Part shown: positions 18,194 through 25,578 of the stretch, piece after piece
How the letters are laid out: every line of letters starts with the position of its first letter
Numbering within the stretch: position 1 is the first letter of the stretch
Source: an uncultured archaeon
Lineage (GTDB): Archaea > Asgardarchaeota > Thorarchaeia > Thorarchaeales > CAZPUN01
NCBI GenBank assembly: GCA_964589775.1
Contig: CAZPUN010000050.1
Span: 4,102 to 36,101 of the forward strand
DNA length: 32,000 nt
Direction of reading: 5' to 3'
Program-made: the position numbers and the translations under genes
The notes under the pieces: model-generated
What the model saw: the letters and a program-made list of their open reading frames with translations, nothing else
The model's database searches: none
What the model was told of the DNA's origin: nothing

Positions 18194-18802
18194 CTATGCC
18201 TCCTCAAAACATTCAATAAAATTATCGAGTAATTTATTATATTCCGGATTAGTATGGAGCCTTGCAAGTAGTGTTAGTTCAAATGCATCCATACGTGAGT
18301 TTTCAGGTATCTCTTCGTTCTCAGAATCATCAAATTGTGGAATCTTTTCGATCTCATTTAATCTAACTTTACGAATCTTTCTTATTATTTCAATAGCTTC
18401 GTCAATCTTTGATTTCTTAATTTTCATGCCGTATTTTTCCATAATCGATAATACTGTTTTCAGATGTGCTTCTGCAAATTGAGATATATCTGATAAACTA
18501 CTGAACATGTTATCTATATCGAAATAGAATTTTCTTGCATTTGCACGATAGTATTTTTCTACAATTCCAGTTCTTGAAACATTTGTAGATACTATACTAA
18601 TAAGCCCAAGATCTAAAAGCTTGTTCACATGATGCATTATGCTTCCTGGAGTTTTTCCAAGGGCATCTGCGATTTGCTTGACTGTCATTGGCTGCTTTGA
18701 TAATAAATCGAAAAGAATTGTATATCTAATTTCATTAAGTACCTCTTTTACAACCTTTGGATCCTTTAATACGATAACTTCCCGCATGTTATCACTCTCC
18801 AA
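18194..18802 (-). CDS. ArsR/HTH_20-family transcriptional regulator
   Basis: IRYTIL..L...PMTVKQIADALGKTPGSIMHHVNKLLDLGLI...GIVEKYYRA. Confidence 0.88.
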   Translation of the reverse strand: MESDNMREVIVLKDPKVVKEVLNEIRYTILFDLLSKQPMTVKQIADALGKTPGSIMHHVNKLLDLGLISIVSTNVSRTGIVEKYYRANARKFYFDIDNMFSSLSDISQFAEAHLKTVLSIMEKYGMKIKKSKIDEAIEIIRKIRKVRLNEIEKIPQFDDSENEEIPENSRMDAFELTLLARLHTNPEYNKLLDNFIECFEEA

Positions 18803-19685
18803 TTAGTTGGATGCCCTTTGGCTGTCGTGCTGCTGGAATGTCTGAGGAATTTATAATCCAATATATTCTCGTAATCAAAATTGTATATGTAGATAGCATG
18901 ATTATCAACAAGATGATAAATATGAATGCATAAATTGAAACGATCGGTGCATAGATTATAGGATTAAGTCCATTAGCCACTGCCAATCCGAATAATGTAA
19001 ATGGCTGTACAAGACCAATAAGGATCATAACCATAATCATTTGTGAGGGATATATCCTAAGGAAATGGTGACGCATGATATCTATTGACTCAAGAAACGC
19101 CTCGCGAACCGGCTTTCTAGCAACTATCGCTGGATACATGAAACTTAATCCGCCAATTAGAATTATATCAAGTACAAATAAGCTCGTAAACAAAATGTGT
19201 GCTGAAACCGCATTATATATCCCTGCAATTTCTAATAAACTCTTTATGCCTCCAATGATATATGCCGGCAATAAGAATCCACCTACAGCTATTATTAGAC
19301 TCGCAATGAAAAAGTCTACAAAGTGTTTTTTCAGATAATATATGGTTCGTTCTGCATAACTTTCTGAGGCTTCAATTATCTCTGCCGAAATTCCATAAAG
19401 CGGTGCGACGAATGTTAGAAAGAATGTAATCGTAAGTGCCGCAATTCCGACTATGACAAATAAAATCTGATTAAATTGCTGGAAGCCGTTAGCCAATGCA
19501 TAAATATTTGAAAATACCAAGATTGAAATTAATACGGCAATTCCTATAAATACAACTATTGCCAGAATTATTGAAATTACCATGCTCAAAAAATATGTCC
19601 AAAACTTTCTCTTCACAAATCTAAATGATTCAATTAGATCTCGTACGAAAAATGCGTTCTTTAATGAGGGTTCTGGATTCTCCAT
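18792..19685 (-). CDS. Polytopic membrane protein (about 6 TM; DUF975/DUF7847-like)
   Basis: Six hydrophobic stretches and a 'P.IV....VREAFLES' motif; overlaps the start of the HTH gene, suggesting an operon. Confidence 0.7.
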   Translation of the reverse strand: MENPEPSLKNAFFVRDLIESFRFVKRKFWTYFLSMVISIILAIVVFIGIAVLISILVFSNIYALANGFQQFNQILFVIVGIAALTITFFLTFVAPLYGISAEIIEASESYAERTIYYLKKHFVDFFIASLIIAVGGFLLPAYIIGGIKSLLEIAGIYNAVSAHILFTSLFVLDIILIGGLSFMYPAIVARKPVREAFLESIDIMRHHFLRIYPSQMIMVMILIGLVQPFTLFGLAVANGLNPIIYAPIVSIYAFIFIILLIIMLSTYTILITRIYWIINSSDIPAARQPKGIQLIGE

Positions 19686-19700
19686 AATTTACACCTTCGG

Positions 19701-19742
19701 AACGTTAATATTAGTTATAACGTTATAGAAAATTAGAACGTT
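19701..19742. promoter_or_regulatory. Three AACGTT palindromes at exact 18-bp spacing (operator array)
   Basis: AACGTT at 19701, 19719 and 19737; the middle copy extends to a perfect TATAACGTTATA (19716-19727). Directly upstream of the membrane protein-HTH operon. Confidence 0.6.
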
Positions 19743-20119
19743 TCAATTTATTAGTTTTATGCTATTTTCTTGGAACTTAAACATTGGCATGATTTTTATT
19801 TCCAAATAAATAATCAAACGAAATGTATGAAATATTACTCTAAGTTCATGAATCTTTTATAAAAACGATCTAATTATTGAATGTACATTCGATAAATATA
19901 TATTTGAGATGTATAATATTAGCTGACATATTGTTCATTTTCGGTTTTCCTGTGAGTTTAAAATTTTCGATGGCACAAAAATATAAATGGGCTAATAATT
20001 TTCAAAGAATAAAAAATTTTTTTCGTAATCTTTATTAGTTCTTATATTATATAACTATTTGCTAATGGTAATCATTAGTAGAAAGATAGGTATAATTATC
20101 GAATCATGGAGGAGAAAAA

Positions 20120-20857
20120 TTGAGGATAAAGATTGTCCTCGGGGTCAAGCAACAAGGTTGTATTCTTGGTTTTGATTATCAAGATACGATATCAAAGATG
20201 ATATTGAACTTCATACAAGAATATTCTTCATCATATGGACGGCAGAACAATCCGCTCTTGTCATTTGGGCAGTTAATGATTCCTGAGCGGAGCATTTCGA
20301 ACGAGGGGATTCAGATTCTCGGTGAAAACGCATATCTCTATATTAGTTCTCCAAATTCAAAACTTCTAAAGGGAATTGCAGATGGATTGAATGAGCGGAG
20401 CACATTGAATTTTAATAATGTATCATTTGAAATTGAGCAGATAGTTTTTCTAAATGATCCGGTTATTGAAGAATCGGCATGGTTCACGACACTTTCGCCA
20501 GTTCTTGTTAGTGTTATGAAGAACATTAATGGTAAGATGAGATTATGGAATATTGGTCCGGACGATCCATTGTTTGAACGAACGCTTGTAAGCAACTTAT
20601 ATCGTCGATACAAGCGGTACTATGGTCGTCTTCCGCGGGATCGTAAATTCATCATCGAGCGAGTTCTTAGTCCGAAGCAAAAACGCATTCGTGTAAATAA
20701 CTATTATTATCGTGCATACTTAATGGGGCTTCAAGTTCAGGGGAGCAGTGAGTTATTAAATTTCGCATATCAAGCCGGTCTTGGTGAGAAGACACATTTG
20801 GGCTTTGGGATGCTTGGGCTTCTTAAGTTCAGATCTCAAGAATCTGCTGCTGAATGA
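20120..20857 (+). CDS. cas6: Solo CRISPR-associated Cas6-family protein, possibly catalytically inactive
   Basis: LYISSP, FTTLSPV, L..NL.RRY and C-terminal G-loop AYQAGLGEKTHLGFGML; TTG start after GGAGG. No array or other cas genes in the window. Confidence 0.9.
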   Translation: MRIKIVLGVKQQGCILGFDYQDTISKMILNFIQEYSSSYGRQNNPLLSFGQLMIPERSISNEGIQILGENAYLYISSPNSKLLKGIADGLNERSTLNFNNVSFEIEQIVFLNDPVIEESAWFTTLSPVLVSVMKNINGKMRLWNIGPDDPLFERTLVSNLYRRYKRYYGRLPRDRKFIIERVLSPKQKRIRVNNYYYRAYLMGLQVQGSSELLNFAYQAGLGEKTHLGFGMLGLLKFRSQESAAE

Positions 20858-20927
20858 GTAAAATTATCGGCGAAGGTTTTCCCGTTTTGGGGGCCTTTCC
20901 TGCCGAATTTTATTTTGTAGTACTCAT
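20854..20927 (+). other. Long imperfect RNA hairpin overlapping the cas6 stop codon
   Basis: ATGAGTA(20854-60)/TACTCAT(20921-27), TCGGC(20867-71)/GCCGA(20902-06), GAAGG/CCTTT, and CCC/GGG closing a GTTTT loop; much more GC-rich than the flanking intergenic DNA. Confidence 0.65.
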
Positions 20928-21057
20928 ATTCTATGGACTATTATTACTGAGATTCAAAATTACTTTTGAGATTTGGGTCTTATCGTTGTTTCCATGTAAA
21001 TCTTAATTAATGTAAAATATTCAAGGTATATTGTTCAATGGAAAAGGAGATTTTCTA

Positions 21058-22380
21058 ATGAGTACCGGTAGTACTGTTGATGCCGATTATCTTATTACAA
21101 ATGGACATTTATTGACTATGGATGATAGTCTAACAGAATTTAAGAATGGTGCCATTGCATTTCGCGGTGATAAAATAATATATGTAGGTCCTGTTGAATC
21201 TGCTTCTGGAATCGTTGCTGAATATGAAATTGATGCCAAAGGGAAGTTTGTATTACCCGGTTTCATAAATGGGCATACACACATAGGAATGTCATTAATG
21301 CGCGGATTAGGTGATGATCTCGCACTTATGGACTGGCTAACGAAGGTCATTTGGCCATTCGAACTAAAAATGACTCCTGATGATGTCTATACTGCAAGTT
21401 TGCTTAGTATTGCAGAGCTTCTACAATCTGGTGTTACAACCATAAATGACATGTATTTCCATATGGATTCTGTTGTTCGAGCTATTGAGGAGACTGGAAT
21501 TCGTGCAATTCTTGGTTATGGTATGATTGATCTGGGTAATGAGCAAAAAAGATTAGCTGAATTGAAAGAAGAGAGGCGATTCATTAATAGTATATTGGGG
21601 CGTTCTGATAGAATTATGGTATCAGTCACTCCGCATGCTGCCAATACATGTTCAAAGGAACTACTTCAAGAAAGCATTGCATTAGCGAAGGAATACAATA
21701 TTCCGATTCATATTCATCTTTCTGAAACAAAAGGTGAAATTAAAGCCATCAAAAAAGAGACTGGAAAATCTCCTGTTGAATATTTAGAAGAAATTGGTCT
21801 TTTTGATGCTAAAGTTATAGCTGCGCATGGTGTATGGCTGTCCGAATCAGAACTTAAGATTTTGTCCAAGCATGATGTTTCCATAATTCATAATCCTTCA
21901 AGTAATCTAAAATTAGGATCTGGTATCGCTCCAATTTCCAAGTTATTTGAACATGAAATAACTGTGGGTTTAGGTACTGATGGTCCCGCATCTAATAACA
22001 ATCAATCGATTCTTTTTGAAGCGCGACTTGCAGCTTTATTACAAAAGGGCCATAACCTTAATCCCAAGATATTACCTGCTGTTGATGCTCTTAGAATGGC
22101 TACGTCATTAGGCGCTAAATCTCTGGGATTACAAGACAAAATTGGTTCCTTGGAGGTAGGAAAGCAAGCTGACATAATAATGATCGATACACGCTCAGCA
22201 CACACGGTGCCTTCAGATAATCCATATTCAACGATAATATACTCCGCTTGGACATCAGATGTATCTGATGTATTCGTAGCTGGGCAACATCTGATTCAAA
22301 ATCACAAGTTTAAGACAATTAACATAGACTCTGTAATTACAAATGCAAAAAAGGCGAAAGAAAGATTGTTAAATATTTGA
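21058..22380 (+). CDS. mtaD: Amidohydrolase, MTA/SAH/5'-deoxyadenosine deaminase family
   Basis: PGFINGHTH, PHA, HIHLSET, AAHGVWL, HNPSSNLKLGSG, GTDGPASNN. ATG 21058 follows AAGGAG. Confidence 0.85.
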   Translation: MSTGSTVDADYLITNGHLLTMDDSLTEFKNGAIAFRGDKIIYVGPVESASGIVAEYEIDAKGKFVLPGFINGHTHIGMSLMRGLGDDLALMDWLTKVIWPFELKMTPDDVYTASLLSIAELLQSGVTTINDMYFHMDSVVRAIEETGIRAILGYGMIDLGNEQKRLAELKEERRFINSILGRSDRIMVSVTPHAANTCSKELLQESIALAKEYNIPIHIHLSETKGEIKAIKKETGKSPVEYLEEIGLFDAKVIAAHGVWLSESELKILSKHDVSIIHNPSSNLKLGSGIAPISKLFEHEITVGLGTDGPASNNNQSILFEARLAALLQKGHNLNPKILPAVDALRMATSLGAKSLGLQDKIGSLEVGKQADIIMIDTRSAHTVPSDNPYSTIIYSAWTSDVSDVFVAGQHLIQNHKFKTINIDSVITNAKKAKERLLNI

Positions 22381-22911
22381 GGTCCTGTGTTTTACTGGGG
22401 CTCCACAATACGGGCAGAATCTATCTTCAGGCTTGAGTATGAATCCACAATACTCACAATATTTTCTTTCTTCAGGTGGTACTGCCGAATAATCATAGTT
22501 TGGATCTATTTCAGACTCACGAGATGGTTTAATTACGCCTGTTTGTGGATCAAAATGAACATCTAAGATGTTGTCTCTTTTTCCAGTCATGATCAAACTT
22601 CTAATTCTATCTTCGGGCATTCCAGTTCTTATCGAAATATCGTGGATTGTTTCAGCTCTACCAGTATAGATTATTCTTGATATGCGTGTTCTTTGATAAT
22701 TTGTGTATAGTTTCTTGCCGGATATCAATAAGATTATTATTATTGCAATATATATTATTGGTATATTTGTATAGAGAAAAAGGATCGAAGCCAACATTAT
22801 AATAAATCCGCTAAATCCAATACTTGTATTTCTTCTATATCCGATATATCTTGGATTACGATAATTAACGCGGTATATTCGTCGTCTTGGTCTTCTTCTT
22901 GAGCGTCTCAA
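22369..22911 (-). CDS. Membrane protein with Arg-rich N-terminus, wHTH-like segment and C-terminal zinc ribbon
   Basis: RRSRRRPRRR; hydrophobic aa ~32-63; TIHDISIRTGMPEDRIRSLI helix-turn-helix; CEYCG...FCPYCGAP. Confidence 0.7.
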   Translation of the reverse strand: MRRSRRRPRRRIYRVNYRNPRYIGYRRNTSIGFSGFIIMLASILFLYTNIPIIYIAIIIILLISGKKLYTNYQRTRISRIIYTGRAETIHDISIRTGMPEDRIRSLIMTGKRDNILDVHFDPQTGVIKPSRESEIDPNYDYSAVPPEERKYCEYCGFILKPEDRFCPYCGAPVKHRTSNI

Positions 22912-22963
22912 TGTTTCTCACATATAATTAGTTGTGACATTGCCTCTTAATTTTTTCTAACTA

Positions 22964-24295
22964 TTAGCTCATGAGATATTTTTCGATCTGTTCTATGTTT
23001 ATGTTTGTACTATTTACTATTGGTTGTGCTCGTCCTTGTGGTTCTAGTTTTATTAGCATATCTGCAGAATTCATGATTTCATTCATATGAGTTACGATAA
23101 TTACCTGTCCTTGGAGAGTATCGATTGCCTTTGGCAGCAGTGCTCTTCTGATAGAGTCAAGACCTACACCCGGTTCGTCTAATATTAACACTGGCGGTTT
23201 TGGTACCTGGCTTACTCTATTTTGAATCGCATAAACAACACCGACTCTCAGTGCAAAATTTGCGCAAACATCTTCACCACCGCTTAGCTCATCTAGAGGA
23301 ATTTTATGCCCTTCATTGTCGATTAGGATAATCTCATAATTTTCATTCATAGTGAAATCGGTGTATCGTTCTGGAAATATGTTTGTAAAGATCAACCGAG
23401 CATATTTTTGTATATCGCTCATAATGTTATTTTTTATTATTTGAGGTATGTATTCAAGTTTTGATTTCAGTGTGTTCCATTCATTTATTTCATTGGATAA
23501 CTCCTGGATTTTTTCTTGCAAAGATTTAAGGTCAAATTGTGTTTTCGCAGACATAATGCTTCGATGGATTTCGTCCAGATTTCTTGATAGTGCCTTAATT
23601 TTGTAAGTCAATTCTGGGTCTTTGATCTTAGTTTGAATCTCCTCGACTATCTTTTTAGAATTTAAAATGAGTTCGCTTTTAGGTAGTAGATCGATTGCGA
23701 ATTTGGCTTTCTGAAGTAGGTCTCTTTCTTCATTTATCGTCTTTTTCAATTCTCTTATTTTACGATTTGCTTTATCTGCATATTTCAGATAGCTGTTCAG
23801 TCCAATTGACTTAAGAATAAGCTCCGCTCGTTCTTTTGGTGATGCGACAGTCATCTGAGTTATTTCGCCTTGTCGTACATAATACAAGGATGAAAACATC
23901 TTTTCGTCTATGCCGAGTATTTTTTCTATCTTATTGTTTACTTCTTTTGTTTTCGCAGTGATTGTTTTCCCATCCTCATTCTTGAGTGTAGCTGTAGATC
24001 TTGTTTTTCCTTTCCTATTGATAGTTCTCTTTACAATGTACAATTTATTATTGACCGGTGATATGAAATGAACTTTTACAACGGCTCTTTCTGCATCTCG
24101 ATTTATTAATGTAGTTAGGTCTCGAATATATCGTTCCTTTCGTTTGACTTTGCCAAACAATCCAAATTCTATGCCTTCTAAAATTGTGGATTTTCCTACT
24201 CCGTTTGGTCCTATTATTACAGTTGTTCGATCTGAAAAATTGAATTGTTGCTTCGTATATTGTTTAAAATTCTCTAACAATAGGGATTCAATCAT
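22964..24295 (-). CDS. rad50: Short Rad50/SbcC-like SMC-family ATPase (no zinc hook)
   Basis: LENFK, Walker A GPNGVGKS, Q-loop YVRQGE, signature LSGGE, Walker B LILDEP, VTH. ATG 24295 overlaps the end of mre11 (ATGATTGA). Confidence 0.85.
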   Translation of the reverse strand: MIESLLLENFKQYTKQQFNFSDRTTVIIGPNGVGKSTILEGIEFGLFGKVKRKERYIRDLTTLINRDAERAVVKVHFISPVNNKLYIVKRTINRKGKTRSTATLKNEDGKTITAKTKEVNNKIEKILGIDEKMFSSLYYVRQGEITQMTVASPKERAELILKSIGLNSYLKYADKANRKIRELKKTINEERDLLQKAKFAIDLLPKSELILNSKKIVEEIQTKIKDPELTYKIKALSRNLDEIHRSIMSAKTQFDLKSLQEKIQELSNEINEWNTLKSKLEYIPQIIKNNIMSDIQKYARLIFTNIFPERYTDFTMNENYEIILIDNEGHKIPLDELSGGEDVCANFALRVGVVYAIQNRVSQVPKPPVLILDEPGVGLDSIRRALLPKAIDTLQGQVIIVTHMNEIMNSADMLIKLEPQGRAQPIVNSTNINIEQIEKYLMS

Positions 24296-25361
24296 TTTCT
24301 TGTGCCCCCAAGATCTCTTGTGCTTTTGCAAGGATTTTTTCACGATTAATCTCATTTTCAAGAACTTTTTCTAAATTCTCCATGATATTCAAAGGATTTG
24401 AAAACTCAAATTCATTCTCGATATATGTGTATTCTTCATGCTTAAAATGTACAAATAATGGAGAAAATTCATTGTATATATTATCTATGATATCTCTAAA
24501 TGGAATTTCAAATTTCTTACTAAGTGGAATATTACCCGTAAGTGGTATTATGACGATTGCATCATTAATTTCATATTTTGAAAGAATTGCAAACAACATG
24601 TCCTGAAAGTTTTCAGGAGCTGTATTCTCTAGATTTATTCTTGAAAGTATGCTCACCGTTCTGATTCTAGGAATTTCAATTTCATTAATTTCGAGTCCCT
24701 GTGCATCAATATCGACGACATAAACCACTTTTCCTTCATGTTCCATTTCTAAATTTACGAAAGATGTCGAACCCGGTGAAAAGATACGCTTATTGCCATC
24801 ACGATATTTGGAATGAATATGCCCAACTCCCCAGTAATCAATTTTTGGGAGTTCTTTATCTGCTAATTCTCTAATGGGACTTGCATGAACTAATCCAATA
24901 TTTATTTCGCCGTTTGGCTTTATTTGTGAAAGCCTATCCTGAAGATGTATTCTTGCTACCCACGGTATTCCCCAAATTTTTACAATTCTACCATCGTATT
25001 CCTTTTCCACGGCTTCTATGTTTCGGCGTTTTAGAAAAACTGTAATGAACTTCTCATGTTGAAAATAATTTAATGGTGTGTTTAGTGCGTTTTCGTAAAT
25101 GGGGAGGTCATGGTTTCCTGGAATGATATACAAATCCGTGTCATTATATTCTTTAAAAAACTTTAATGTATCATTAACTGAGATTACAGGCGGGTCCCAT
25201 GAATCAAAAAAATCTCCTGTATGAATGATGAAATCTGGAGATTGCTTAATGCAGGTTTCATAAGCGCGTTCAAAATTCTTTTGGAAATCTTTTCTGCGTT
25301 CTTCTAGCCCAAATTGCATAAGACCCAGGTGTGAGTCAGTAATATGACAGAAGCGTACCAT
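24288..25361 (-). CDS. mre11: Mre11/SbcD-family nuclease
   Basis: DSHLG, HTGDFFD, PGNHD, VH, GHIH and PGS phosphoesterase motifs. Confidence 0.9.
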   Translation of the reverse strand: MVRFCHITDSHLGLMQFGLEERRKDFQKNFERAYETCIKQSPDFIIHTGDFFDSWDPPVISVNDTLKFFKEYNDTDLYIIPGNHDLPIYENALNTPLNYFQHEKFITVFLKRRNIEAVEKEYDGRIVKIWGIPWVARIHLQDRLSQIKPNGEINIGLVHASPIRELADKELPKIDYWGVGHIHSKYRDGNKRIFSPGSTSFVNLEMEHEGKVVYVVDIDAQGLEINEIEIPRIRTVSILSRINLENTAPENFQDMLFAILSKYEINDAIVIIPLTGNIPLSKKFEIPFRDIIDNIYNEFSPLFVHFKHEEYTYIENEFEFSNPLNIMENLEKVLENEINREKILAKAQEILGAQEND

Positions 25362-25578
25362 TTTTTCTCGCCCACCGATACCGATCTATTATCAATTTCT
25401 CTGAACATCAATAAATATGTTTTGTCAGAATTCGAATATTTCGAAAAGTTGATTTTAGCGGTCTTAATACTTGATAAAGCGTAGAGCTTATATGCATAAT
25501 TTTTAATCGGAATAAATATTAAACTGAAAATAATAAAAATAATATGGAGAAATATTATCTGTGAGATGAGAATAGATT

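Noticed and set aside
20855-20920. SECIS element or UGA read-through at the cas6 stop
   Set aside because: Lacks the paired GA quartet and the archaeal GAA/A bulge; read-through adds only about 20 residues before TAG.
19686-21057. CRISPR array or mini-array flanking cas6
   Set aside because: No repeated 25-40 bp unit with spacers seen on either side; the AACGTT repeats are 6 bp with 12-bp gaps.
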